Assembly: GCA_002269645.1 (NCBI GenBank)
Contig: NIVC01001134.1
Location: 289,691-353,690, forward strand
Length of the DNA: 64,000 nt
Source: Macrostomum lignano
Taxonomy: Eukaryota
Direction of reading: 5' to 3'
Made by a program: the position numbers and the translations under genes. The notes beneath the pieces were generated by a model. The model did no database searches and was not told the DNA's origin. It was given only the letters and a program-made list of their open reading frames with translations. Shown here in pieces: positions 1 through 14,275 of this stretch (position 1 is the first letter of the stretch; each line of letters opens with the position of its first letter).

Positions 1-175
1 TCTAAGCTCCCAGCATGGCTTACGAGCGGCCTAACGAACTGCTCGCTTTCTGCAACGGTTGCCACGGCTAGGCTGGTAGGCAAAGTCCCTCCACTCCAGT
101 CGTGCCTGCTCTCCTCTTTGTAATTCTCAGAAAGATGAGATCAGAGATAAGGGGAGCAGCAGAAGAAGAAAGGAT

Positions 176-735
176 TGGCGCCAGTCAAAGGGGCGCTAAA
201 GATTGGCGCCAGTCAGAGGGGCGCTAAAGATTGGCGCCAGTCAGGGGGGGCGCTAAAGATTGGCGCCAGTCAGGGGAGGGCGCTAAAGATTGGCGTCTGT
301 CAGAGGGGGCGCTAAAGATTGGTTCCAGTCAGGGGGGGGCGCTAAAGATTGGCGCCAGTCAGGTGGGGCGCTACAGATTGGCGCCAGTCAGAGAGGGGGC
401 GCTAAAGATTGGCGCCAGTCAGAGAGGCGCTAAAGATTGGCGCCAGTCAGGGTGGGGCGCTAAAGATTGGCGCCAGTCAGGGGGCACTAAAGATTGGCGC
501 CAGTCAGAGAGGGGGCGCTAAAGATTGGCGCCAGTCAGGGGGCACTAAAGATTGGCGCCAGTCAGGAGGGGGCGCTAAAGATTGGCGCCAGTCTGGGGGG
601 CGCTAAAGATTGGCGCCAGTCAGAAGGGGCGCTAAAGATTGGCGCCAGTCAGAGGGGCGCTAAAGATTGGCGCCAGTCAGGGGGGCGCTACAAATTGACG
701 CCAGTCAGGGGGGGGGGGCGCTACAGATTGGCGCC
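176..735. repeat. Minisatellite, ~28-30 bp unit (AAAGATTGGCGCCAGTCAG(G)nCGCT)
   Basis: Tandem copies with a variable G-run; explains the repetitive ORFs at 231-778. Confidence 0.95.
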
Positions 736-1544
736 AGCCTCAGGCCGACAAAAAAGGCAGCCCATAGGCAGTAGATGAGGCAGGACAAAAGATTCCTTAC
801 GAGTAATTAGACACAAGAGATTAGCCGTATAAGAGGACTCAAAAAAAAGCAAGTCAAACTTGATGAGAAAGCCAAATAAATACGAGACTCGCTCAGACTC
901 TTGGCCTCGAAGGCGGGCATGAGGAGGGAGGGTCGCACATCAATGCTGGCTGCATCTCTGTCACTCTGTCTCCCTGTCTCTCTGTCCCGAGCTGTCTGTC
1001 CCGGTCGCTCCACCCCGCCCGCTCCCGTCTGCTCCAGCTGCTGACGTCAGGACCAGCTCAGGAGGGGATGCGGGGCTCAGGCCAATGCCAGGTTCGGAAC
1101 TGCTACATCTGCTGCTGCTGGGCTGCTACTCGGCCTTTGTAGAGCGGCGACGCCTTTCTTGAGTGAGCTATTTAGCATTTCCCCGAATTGAGAAGGCGCT
1201 CGAGTGGCTCTGCATGGCGGCACCCAAGATGGAGGTGATGGAGGCAGGAAAACAGCTGTTTTATGCAGTCGATTTTTTGCACACGGAACTCAATTTTCCC
1301 CGTCGCTTTGATGAAAACCCAACAGGAAATGAAATTGACTTGCTTCTAGAAGATATTTCAAATTATCTTTAAGCCGCTTCTCCGCTCCTCAGCATCGCCT
1401 CAGCTTGAGCAGACAAAAATTATTTTTCTCTTGCTAGAAGCAGAAATTTTCCCGCTTTTGATTTAACCAGCTTTTGTGCAAATTGGGAAGCAAAAAGCAG
1501 AGAGCCGACAGACAGACATTAGAAAATCACTAAGATATATAGAC

Positions 1545-1852
<308 letters not shown>

Positions 1853-1856
1853 TCAC

Positions 1857-1939
1857 CTTAAGTAGCCGTTGCTGAAAGTTTCCGCCACTTGCCCAGCAAC
1901 TATCGGCGACTCTTCGTTGTAATGAAATCGAATGTCCCG
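1857..1939 (-). CDS. Putative internal exon of an unidentified gene
   Basis: Strong acceptor (TTTTAG) and donor (AAG|GTGAGT); two frames open (RDIRFHYNEESPIVAGQVAETFSNGYLR or GHSISLQRRVADSCWASGGNFQQRLLK). No family recognised. Confidence 0.35.
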
Positions 1940-2344
1940 CTAAAATTTTAAACGAAAACAAAATGAATGATTCATTTAAAATTGAGAATCACCCAAAGCA
2001 GATTAGTCTTAATCGGCAAGCGGATTAAAAGAAAAAATTTTATAAACAAAGCAAGAGACAGAGCGGCTGCCCCAGCTAACCGCAGTAGTGGTCTCTGAGT
2101 CTTGAAAAAGAATTGACACGAAGCGATTTGGAAACTGACTGATGGTGGAGGCTGGGATCCGTGAGAGTTGCTGCCATTTTGCCCATTATGATTCATGGAC
2201 GGCCCCGCGGGCTCAGACAAATCCAGCCGGCACTCAGAACTGATTCGGGCTTTCAATTTAATTAATTTCTGCCTGCGGGGCGGCTCGTCCGGATAATTAG
2301 AGGCGAATGGTTCAATAAGTACAGGTGAGCAACCCGTTGCTTGG

Positions 2345-2966
<622 letters not shown>

Positions 2967-3539
2967 CAGTTGAGAGTCCGCTGCGCCGTAGCCCGGTGTG
3001 CACATTTACGCCATCCCAGCGCAGCGTGAAGTTTTTCGCGTTTTTTTCTCCGGCTGCCATGGAATTCATTGTTTCGGAATTCTGGCGCAGGAGCGGCCAG
3101 CTCCGTCTGCGAGCCTGAAACTGGATACGGCGGACTCCCCGGCCCAGTATTCTCCTTAGGGATACCGAACCCACTAAGACCGGAGTCAGCTGTCTGGCTT
3201 CTGCCATGCGCCGCTGCGCCTCTCTAATTTGAATGCGGGCCAGGAGAGGCGCGCCGGGACCCCGAATTTTCTCTCCCTTTCTCAGAATTGTTTCTTTTAG
3301 CTGCCGGCGGCTTTCTAGCAGGGGCGGGGGAGGAGGTCAAAAATATGTTTCTTCAAGTCTGGCTGTCTTCCCTCTTCCTTTGAAGATGGCTGATTTGTGC
3401 TTTTAAGGGCGTTGCAGGCAGGGTAAGCGTACTGAACCTTAATTTGCTTTGAGTGCTTTTTTTAACAATTGACAATGAAGATTGATTGCACGAGTATTTA
3501 TTTCTGCGGTGTGAATGAGACATGAATGGTAAAGAGGAA

Positions 3540-4795
3540 GGAAGTGACCCTCCATGACCTGAAGGATTGATGTGACCCTCCATCACCTGAAGGATAGATG
3601 TGACCCTCCATGACCTGAAGGATTGATGTGACCCTCCATCACCTGAAGGATAGATGTGACCCTCCATGACCTGAAGGATTGATGTGACCCTCCATCACCT
3701 GAAGGATAGATGTGACCCTCCATGACCTGAAGGATTGATGTGACCCTCCATCACCTGAAGGATAGATGTGACCCTCCATGACCTGAAGGATTGATGTGAC
3801 CCTCCATCACCTGAAGGATAGATGTGACCCTCCATGACCTGAAGGATTGATGTGACCCTCCATCACCTGAAGGATAGATGTGACCCTCCATGACCTGAAG
3901 GATTGATGTGACCCTCCGTGATCTGAAGGATTGATGTGACCCTCCGTGACCTGAAGGATGGAAGTGACCCTCCGTGACCTGAAGGATGGAAGTGACCCTC
4001 CGTGATCTGAAGGATTGATGTGACCCTCCATGACCTGAAGGATTGATGTGACCCTCCATGACCTGAAGGATTGATGTGACCCTCCGTGACCTGAAGGATT
4101 GATGTGACCCTCCATGACCTGAAGGATTGATGTGACCCTCCGTGATCTGAAGGATGGAAGTGACCCTCCGTGATCTGAAGGATTGATGTGACCCTCCGTG
4201 ATCTGAAGGATTGATGTGACCCTCCATGACCTGAAGGATGGAAGTGACCCTCCGTGATCTGAAGGATTGATGTGACCCTCCATGACCTGAAGGATTGATG
4301 TGACCCTCCATGACCTGAAGGATTGATGTGACCCTCCGTGACCTGAAGGATTGATGTGACCCTCCATGACCTGAAGGATTGATGTGACCGTCCGTGACCT
4401 GAAGGATTGATGTGACCCTCCGTGATCTGAAGGATGGAAGTGACCCTCCGTGATCTGAAGGATTGATGTGACCCTCCGTGATCTGAAGGATGGAAGTGAC
4501 CCTCCGTGATCTGAAGGATTGATGTGACCCTCCGTGATCTGAAGGATGGAAGTGACCCTCCGTGATCTGAAGGATGGAAGTGACCCTCCGTGATCTGAAG
4601 GATGGAAGTGACCCTCCGTGATCTGAAGGATGGAAGTGACCCTCCGTGATCTGAAGGATGGAAGTGACCCTCCGTGATCTGAAGGATGGAAGTGACCCTC
4701 CGTGATCTGAAGGATGGATGTGACCCTCCGTGACCTGAAGGATTGATGTGACCCTCCATGACCTCAAGGACAGAAGTGACCCTCCATGACCACAA
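3540..4795. repeat. 28-bp minisatellite (GTGACCCTCCATGACCTGAAGGATTGAT)
   Basis: Tandem copies with a few recurring variants. Confidence 0.97.
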
Positions 4796-5469
4796 TGACA
4801 GAAGTGAACATCCAAGACCTCAAGGATGGAAAGAAAAGAAAGAATTGAACATGCAAGACGAGAAAGAAAGGTCTAAGGCCATAAAGCTAGTAATGACCCG
4901 GTATGACCAGCAGTAACAGGAGTGGACTTTTTCGTCAAAGAAAAATGGATTTAGCCCAGGTAAATCAGTAAAAGTACAACACAAAAGCCGTTGCCTCCGC
5001 ATTGCAGGCAAATTCAATGCGCAGTTTTCGGATTGTAATCCTGACATTTTCAAAGAGAATTGAGAAACAAGCGCGCTAGGTCAGTACGAAACTGACACTG
5101 ATTCAGTGGCGGGTTAAAAAATATAAGATACGAAGCAGTTGAGCTGGGAAGGCGGACTCGGGGATTGGGGACAACGGGAAGCGGAGATCTCTTCTCCGCA
5201 GGGTTTGGAGTGGCAAATCCGCTTCGTGGATCCGCGAGACACGAGCTCCGGCGCCGGGATCGAGAGGTGCGAATGGGATTTATGGCTCGAATGGGACAGG
5301 AGGGGAATATTGAGGGATTTCAGCTGCGTAGAGGACAGGGCTCAACAACTGATTGAAGGGGCTGTCAGGGGGGGGGGGGTCGAGACGAAAAAATCTTTTT
5401 GTGTAATGGGAAATCAAGAAGGAAAGCGGATGTCGCAAATCCTATCCGGTAGAGTGGGGGAAATGGGGT

Positions 5470-6100
5470 GTCAGCTGCTGTTTAGGCGTCAGGAGAGGCT
5501 GTTGTTGGGCTGTCAGGAGAGGCTGTTGTTGGGCTGTCAGGAGAAGCTGTTGTCAGGATGTCAGGAGAGGCTGTTGTTAGGATGTCAGGAGAGGCTGTTG
5601 TTAGGATGTCAGGAGAGGCTGTTGTTGGGCTGCCAGGAGAGGCTGTTGTTGGGCTGTCAGGAGAGGCTGTTGTTGGGCTGTCAGGAGAGGCTGTTGTTGG
5701 GGCGTCAGGAGAAGCTGTTGTTGGGGCGTCAGGAGAGGCTGTTGTTGGGGCGTCAGGAGAAGCTGTTGTTGGGGCGTCAGGAGAGGCTGTTGTTGGGGCG
5801 TCAGGAGAAGCTGTTGTTGGGGCGTCAGGAGAGGCTGTTGTTGGGGCGTCAGGAGAAGCTGTTGTTGGGGCGTCAGGAGAGGCTGTTGTTGGGGCGTCAG
5901 GAGAAGCTGTTTTTGGGACGTCAGGAGAGGCTGTTGTTGGGGCGTCAGGAGAAGCTGTTTTTGGGATGTCAGGAGAGGCTGTTGTTGGGGCGTCAGGAGA
6001 AGCTGTTGTTGGGGCGTCAGGAGAGGCTGTTTTGGGGATGTCAGGAAAGGCTGATTGGGATGTCAGGAGAGGCTGATTGGGATGTCAGGAGAAGCTGTTG
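5470..6100. repeat. 24-bp minisatellite (GTCAGGAGAGGCTGTTGTTGGGGC)
   Basis: 8-aa periodicity in the ORF track. Confidence 0.95.
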
Positions 6101-6124
6101 TTAGGGCTTCAAGAGTTTGTTAGT

Positions 6125-6431
6125 TAGAGGCAGGGGGGCTGTGTGCACCCTGGAGCACTTTAAGCGACATTGTCCCATAAACCGGCGAGAGGCATTACTG
6201 CCCATTCCGCCGACTCCCCTGAGCAGGCACACAAGCACGCGGACACGTACGTAGTCATACGTAGCGCAGTAAAGTGTCCCTAACTTTATTTATCGATAGC
6301 CATGTACACTTCACTGTGCCTTGGGGGGCCGGGGGGGTTGGCCCTCAAGGCCGTTAATTGCACGAGCAGAGCCAAGCCGAGATTCCAATTTTTAGCCCCA
6401 AATTAATGCCACTGCACTTAAAATCGAGCTT
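6125..6431 (-). mobile_element. tRNA-derived SINE copy, 5'-truncated
   Basis: Reverse complement matches the copy at 33411-33766 (e.g. ATTAATTTGGGGCT and ACAATGTCGCTTAAAGTG...GGTGCACACA). Confidence 0.8.
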
Positions 6432-6477
6432 AACTTTAAGCTGTCCCAGCGCTTGTACCGAAATTTAATCTACTCAC

Positions 6478-6561
6478 GCAGGGCAAAATGTCGGCCAGGA
6501 TTTCAGTTGCCGCCGTCTGCAGCTCCGTCAGACACAGCACCGTGTGGAGCCGGGAGAAGTC
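6478..6561 (-). CDS. Putative phase 0-0 exon (DFSRLHTVLCLTELQTAATEILADILPC), gene unidentified
   Basis: Acceptor CCGCAG, donor GTGAGT, 84 bp, only one frame open. Confidence 0.45.
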
Positions 6562-6614
6562 CTGCGGTGCAGGTTGGGGTTGGCCGAGGTTAACATTGTC
6601 CGAGGCTATCACTG

Positions 6615-7600
6615 ATAGCATGGATTGCTAGTCTGACTCTCACTGATACAAGGATATAATGGATTGCTAGTCTGACTCTCTCTGATACAAGGATAGAATG
6701 GATTGCTAGTCTGTCACTGACACAAGGATAGAATGGATTGCTAGTCTGACTCTCACTGATACAAGGATAGAATGGATTGCTAGTCTGACTCTCACTGATA
6801 GAAGGATATAATGGATTGCTAGTCTGACTCTCACTGATACAAGGATAGAATGGATTGCTAGTCTGACTCTCTCTGATACAAGGATAGAATGGATTGCTAG
6901 TCTGACTCTCACTGATACAAGGATATAATGGATTGCTAGTCTGGCTCTCACTGATACAAGGATAGTAATGGATTGCTAGTCTGACTCTCTCTGATACAAG
7001 GATAGAATGGATTGCTAGTCTGACTCTCTCTGATACAAGGATAGAATGGATTGATAGTCTGACTCTCACAAGGATAGAATGGATTGATAGTCTGACTCTC
7101 ACAAGGATAGAATGGATTGCTAGTCTGGCTCTCTCACTGACACAAGGATATAATGGATTGCCAGTCTGACTCTCACTGATACAAGGATAGAATGGATTGC
7201 TAGTCTGACTCTCTCTGATACAAGGATAGAATGGATTGCTAGTCTGGCTCTCTTACTGATACAAGGATAGAATGGATTGATAGTCTGACTCTCACAAGGA
7301 TAGAATGGATTGATAGTCTGACTCTCACAAGGATAGAATGGATTGCTAGTCTGGCTCTCTCACTGACACAAGGATAGAATGGATTGCCAGTCTGACTCTC
7401 ACTGATACAAGGATAGAATGGATTGCCAGTCTGACTCTCTCTGATACAAGGATAGAATGGATTGATAGTCTGGCTCTCCCACTGACACAAGGATATAATG
7501 GATTGCTAGTCTGGCTCTCACTGATACAAGGATAGAATGGATTGCTAGTCTTACTCTGATACAAGGATAGAATGGATTGCTAGTCTGACTCTCAAAAGGA
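6615..7600. repeat. 39-bp minisatellite (ATGGATTGCTAGTCTGACTCTCACTGATACAAGGATAGA)
   Basis: Tandem copies, some with internal deletions. Confidence 0.96.
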
Positions 7601-8064
7601 TAGAAACACTGATAAGGAAAGCATTGGTCGGAGACTCTGATATGCGCAAGCTTATTTTGAATAGCAAAATTGATTCCTCCAAGTCGCAACTCCCTGCTCG
7701 CCTGCCAGTACTACAGTGAAGAGTTGGCTCACCCGGAGAGCCCTATCAAAAGACACCAAACCCTGATTGATGAGCTCTGAAGACTCAATGCCGCAGGCTC
7801 TAGTGATTCACTTAGCAGAAGAAAAGAATGAGAGGCAAGAAAATTCTAAGAAGACGCTTTTCACTTCCGACTTTGTACTGGTCAGTGTTGCGGTAGTCTA
7901 AAATTTTGTTTACGAAGCTTGCTCAAAAAAAGTACGAGTACCTACGGGTACTTGAAGTACATACAATAGAGATAAATAGCCAATAGCACTGCAGATTGAG
8001 GCTGCAAGGTTTGAAATGATCTAAAATAGCCATGCCTAAAAAATCTACAGAGATATGCGTGGAT

Positions 8065-8332
8065 CAACCTGTGTTGAAGCTGTGAATAACAGGTACCAAC
8101 CCTGTGTTAAAGCTGTGAATAACAGGTATAAACCCTGTGTTAAAGCTGTAAATAACAGGTATAAACCCTGTGTTGAAGCTGTGAATAACAGGTATAAACC
8201 CTGTGTTGAAGCTGTGAATAACAGGTATAAACCCTGTGTTAAAGCTGTGAATAACAGGTATAAACCCTGTGTTAAAGCTGTGAATAACAGGTATAGACCG
8301 TGTGTTAAAGCTGTGAATAACAGGTATAGACC
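8065..8332. repeat. 33-bp minisatellite (ACCCTGTGTTAAAGCTGTGAATAACAGGTATAA)
   Basis: About 8 copies; 11-aa periodicity. Confidence 0.95.
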
Positions 8333-8664
8333 TTCGATAAGAAGTGTAATAACCCGGTGAAAAGCTACCCATGAAAACCCGGTGTAAAACCGGCTTGAAA
8401 ATGCCCTCACTCTCTCAGCCCACGCAAATCTCTTAATTGCAAAACCCAGGCAGGATTAGCATCGCCTGTGGCCCAGCCTGCGGATTTTCCTTTATCCGAT
8501 CACTGAGAGAATCTGACATTCAAAATCCAAATAAATATAAATGCTGAACACAGAGCAGCTGACAGGGGCTGACTGCTCCCTCTTTCAAGTCCGAACCGGG
8601 ACAGCTTGATCGAGCCGGCTGTCACGCGATCACGCGAACGGCCCGGGAAAGATGTGGATTCACT

Positions 8665-9860
8665 GACTGCAACCAGCACTGCTCACTGATTGCACTACTC
8701 ACTGATTGCACTACTCACTGATTGCACTACTCACTGATTGCACTACTCACTGATTGCACTACTCACTGATTGCACTACTCACTGATTGCACTACTCACTG
8801 ATTGCACTACTCACTGATTGCACTACTCACTGATTGCACTGCTCACTGATTGCACTGCTCACTGATTGCACTGCTCACTGATTGCACTGCTCACTGATTG
8901 CACTGCTCACTGATTGCACTACTCACTGATTGCACTACTCACTGATTGCACTACTCACTGATTGCACTACTCACTGATTGCACTACACACTGATTTCACT
9001 ACTCACTGATTGCACTGCTCACTGATTGCACTACTCACTGATTGCACTGCTCACTGATTGCACTGCTCACTGATTGCACTACTCACTGATTGCACTACAC
9101 ACTGATTGCACTGCTCACTGATTGCACTACTCACTGATTGCACTACTCACTGATTGCACTACTCACTGATTGCACTACTCACTGATTGCACTACACACTG
9201 ATTGCACTGCTCACTGATTTCACTGCTCACTGATTGCACTACTCACTGATTGCACTACTCACTGATTGCACTGCTCACTGATTGCACTACTCACTGATAT
9301 TAAAACCAGTACTACTCACTGATAATGCAACCAGCACTGCTCACTGATTGCAACCAGCACTGCTCACTGATATTGCAACCAACACTGCTCACTGATACTG
9401 CAACCAGCACTGCTCACTGATATTGCAACCAGCACTGCTCACTGATATTGCAACCAGCACTGCTCACTGATATTGCAACCAGCACTGCTCACTGATATTG
9501 CAACCAGCACTGCTCACTGATAATGCAACCAGCACTGCTCACTGATTGCAACCAGCACTGCTCACTGATATTGCAACCAACACTGCTCACTGATACTGCA
9601 ACCAGCACTGCTCACTGATATTGCAACCAGCACTGCTCACTGATATTGCAACCAGCACTGCTCACTGATATTGCAACCAGCACTGCTCACTGATATTCCA
9701 ACCAGCACTACTCACTGATATTGCAACCAGCACTGCTCACTGATATTCCAACCAGCACTACTCACTGATATTGCAACCAGCACTGCTCACTGACTGCAAC
9801 CAGCACTACTCACTGATATTGCAACCAGCACTACTCACTGATATTCCAAGCAGCACCAGT
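8665..9860. repeat. Compound satellite: 16-bp unit (CTCACTGATTGCACTA) switching at ~9300 to a 25-bp unit (CTCACTGATATTGCAACCAGCACTG)
   Basis: Direct reading. Confidence 0.95.
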
Positions 9861-10384
9861 CGCTCAACTACTTGCAAAACAAACTTTTTTTTTGCGGTTT
9901 CTTAACCCCGAATCATCCCCATGGCAACCAGCCTGACAACCTGCCAATCTGGCTGACGACTCCACCGGTCCGCCGGGCCCAAACCGCTCAGGGCTGCCAG
10001 CAGGCGGCGCAGAGACGAGGCGAGCCGAGCCGCTGACTGCATTGCAATTTCTGTAGAATTGCTCTGCAATTGAGCTGGTTCCACTAGAAGACGAAATGCA
10101 TGGAATCGCTGGATGCAACTGCCAGAAAGCCAACTGAGTAACCTATCAAAGCGGTCTGTAGAAGAGAGCCGCAAAGCAGGGGAAAAAGAGATATCGTCTT
10201 TTTCAGGCAAAATACAATTTGCCGCTCGGCCACCCACAGGAGAGAATTTGACGCTGCTTTCTCGCTGTGAGTTGGCCTGAGTTTCCCTGCCAGCCAAGCA
10301 GAGCAGCCCAATTTCTGCAACACAGATCGATTTCTCTGGTCAGCGACTGGCCTCGCCTTGGATAAGGGGTTTCCATCTATCCAT

Positions 10385-10725
<341 letters not shown>

Positions 10726-11614
10726 ATCACTGGTATAAGGATATCTTTATCCGCAGGTGGTTGAGGCCACCGCGGACCCAGCCGCAGAGTTTCAAGCAAC
10801 GCTGTGTGGATGGAGTCGCGGGATAGAAAGAATCCGTCGTGAAAAGGGGAAGCGAAATTGGCAGCGAAGGAGGACCCGCGGAGAGCTCCCGCCAACGGGA
10901 AAGGGAGGGAAGATTCAGAATGATTTCAAGGAGGATTCAAGAACGGAAGGAAGCCGCAGGAGAGGCCGACAGAGCTCCCAACTGCATGGCCTGTCTTGGC
11001 GCCGCCGAGATGGTCAAGTCGGAGACGGCGCGGTCCAAAGTCGGAAGAAGTTTCAGAGACTGGAGAGGAGCTCCTGTGAGTGACTCGCCCGGGCAGCCAC
11101 ACTTAGGACAGCCCCCCCTTAGATACGCTAAATTCATTATTGGCCTCCACCCCCCCACTCCCGGCAAAGGCTTTTCCCGGGCCCGCGGACTCAGCCGGGC
11201 GGCCTCTCGGAGCGAGAAGGAAGCTGGAATAATGAGCCGCGGTCTCGGGATGAGGAGCAGCGGGGTGATGGATCTGGAGATTCAGAAAGACCGGGGCCGA
11301 GGCGAGATAAACTGAATTATTTCGGGTCGCCGCGGGACCGCCGGGGGTCGCTTTCACCAATTCTGAGCTTCGGCCTCCCCCCTCTGTGCTCGGCCAATTG
11401 GCCCGACTAATTATAGAATTGTTAAAACTCGACTGAGATTTCGGATTAGTACGCAGTTCGGGAGGGGGGGACAGTGAAATCTCGAACTTCTGCAGTCGAT
11501 CTCGGGCCTTGATTATTCGCGCTTGGTATTGGCGCGCTTATTTAATCTACAGTCGGTGCTGGCATACGTAAGCGCGAAAATCTCTAGCGGACACTGGCGC
11601 GCACCGGGTTTTGA

Positions 11615-11860
11615 CGCGCAACTCCACTGGCAATAGCGCGCAACTCCACTAGCAATAGCGCGCAACTCCACTGGCACTAGCGCGCAACTCTACTGGCACT
11701 AGCGCGCAACTCTACTGGCAATAGCGCGCAACTCCACTAGCAATAGCGCGCAACTCCACTGGCACTAGCGCGCAACTCCACTGGCAATAGCGCGCAACTC
11801 CACTGGCAATAGCGCGCAACTTCACTGGCAATGGCGCGCAACTCCACTGGCAATGGCGCG
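11615..11860. repeat. 22-bp minisatellite (GCGCGCAACTCCACTGGCAATA)
   Basis: About 11 copies. Confidence 0.93.
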
Positions 11861-12770
11861 CCTAGCTGGTATATGAGCCATGTTTTTATAGCTTGATATT
11901 CTTGTTATTAGAAAGTGGACTTGACAACTAATCTTCACCTGCTGCACATACCCTAGCAATGCAGCTGGGTCTCTTAACCTGACCTGAAGCACGCTGACGA
12001 GACCGTCACAGAAATTCTTTTTGATCCCCCCCGCCCGCTGTGCACCCACGGCACAATCCAGCGTGCTGCCTCCTCCCCCATCCGAACTCGAAGTAGAACT
12101 TCTTCTTACGGAATGCCTTCTTCGCTCAGCTACTTGGCAAACGCGGCCAGACTCACACCGGATTAAATCCCCTAATCCATTGACAGACCCACCCCCCCCC
12201 CCATCCGAGACCGCGCGACTGCATGGCTGAGCTGAGCTACTCCTCACTGTGACTTGCTTGTATCATCATCCCCGGGAGTCCTCTCAGGCGGAGCATATGA
12301 TTTTCTTTTTATGTCGCCGGGGCAAGGAGGGAACAGGGAGAGACAGAGATGGGGAGTCAGGCAGGGACTTTTGTTGCTGTCTTCTCCTACGCATCACTTT
12401 TAGAGTCAGCCCGGGGCCCCAAGCCGTGTATGTCCCGCATCCCGCCCCTGCGGCCAGTGGGGAGTCAGAGGCGGCTGTGGCTACTCGTCTCTGCCTCACT
12501 TCTGCTTGCGTCAAAGGCGAAGCAATACGAAAGCACGGCGGGGCGCGAGCGGGCGCAGGGGGGGGATGGCCAGGGAAGGGAGCGAGACAGCTGAGATAGT
12601 TCGCTGTCCCCCCAGTTACTCGGGAATAGAGCTATAGTAGGCATAGTGAGCATGCGGAGATGCCCGCTAGTGCCAATGAGGGTCTGGGATTTCAGTTCGA
12701 GCTGAGACATACCAGCGCGAGTAGCCATGGGAGAGGAGTGGCGGCCTCTTCTACTGACTTCGAGGCATAA

Positions 12771-13560
<790 letters not shown>

Positions 13561-14065
13561 ATCTCTCTCCACCCTCAAACTCGCCACTCTCTATTTACAT
13601 TTTCCATCTCTCGCCAAACATCTGAAGTCAGCCCCGAAAGCAGTCTTGCAGTCGCGCGCGTACTCGGCGCCCGCATACTGGGGGCCGGGCGGAATGTTTA
13701 GGGGGAGCAGAAGATGCCTAGGTGGGCGGGGAGAAGTGGAAACAGTTTTTAGAGAACAGGCGTCCCAGCCTGCCCCACTCGAAAGTCGCGAGCCGTCCCT
13801 GGACCGCTGCTAGCAATGGCTACACTGAATACGTGTCACCCTTCACTCTCTCACTGTTCAGAGAATATATTTTTTACTCAACGAGTGCCTTTTGAATGTG
13901 AGTAGTCACCATTTGAGGATAGATTGAGGCGCAGATTTAAGTCTGTGCAATATATACGGTTTAGAATATTCTGAATATTCAAAGGAGATTTGAAGAAAAT
14001 CGGTTGAGCAGTTTTTTTCTGAAATTGATCACATCCCTAGATAGATACCTAACTACCGACAAACC

Positions 14066-14275
14066 ATTTTTACTATATATTATAGTAATATAATATAGAT
14101 TTTACTATATATTATAGTAATATAATATAGATTTTACTATATATTATAGTAATATAATATAGATTTTACTATATATTATAGTAATATAATATAGATTTTA
14201 CTATATATTATAGTAATATAATATAGATTTTACTATATATTATAGTAATATAATATAGATTTTACTATATATTAG
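14066..14275. repeat. 32-bp AT-rich minisatellite with internal palindrome (TACTATA-TAT-TATAGTA)
   Basis: About 6.5 near-perfect copies. Confidence 0.95.

Noticed and set aside
1163-1372. Protein-like + strand ORF (KALEWLCMAAPKMEVMEAGKQLFYAVDFLH...)
   Set aside because: No ATG start, no convincing acceptor in phase, no recognisable motif, and it conflicts with minus-strand exon signals nearby; left uncalled.
10757-11315. GC-rich overlapping ORFs after a strong acceptor (CCGCAG, 10756)
   Set aside because: Several frames open on both strands, no domain recognised, and phases do not link to neighbouring candidate exons.
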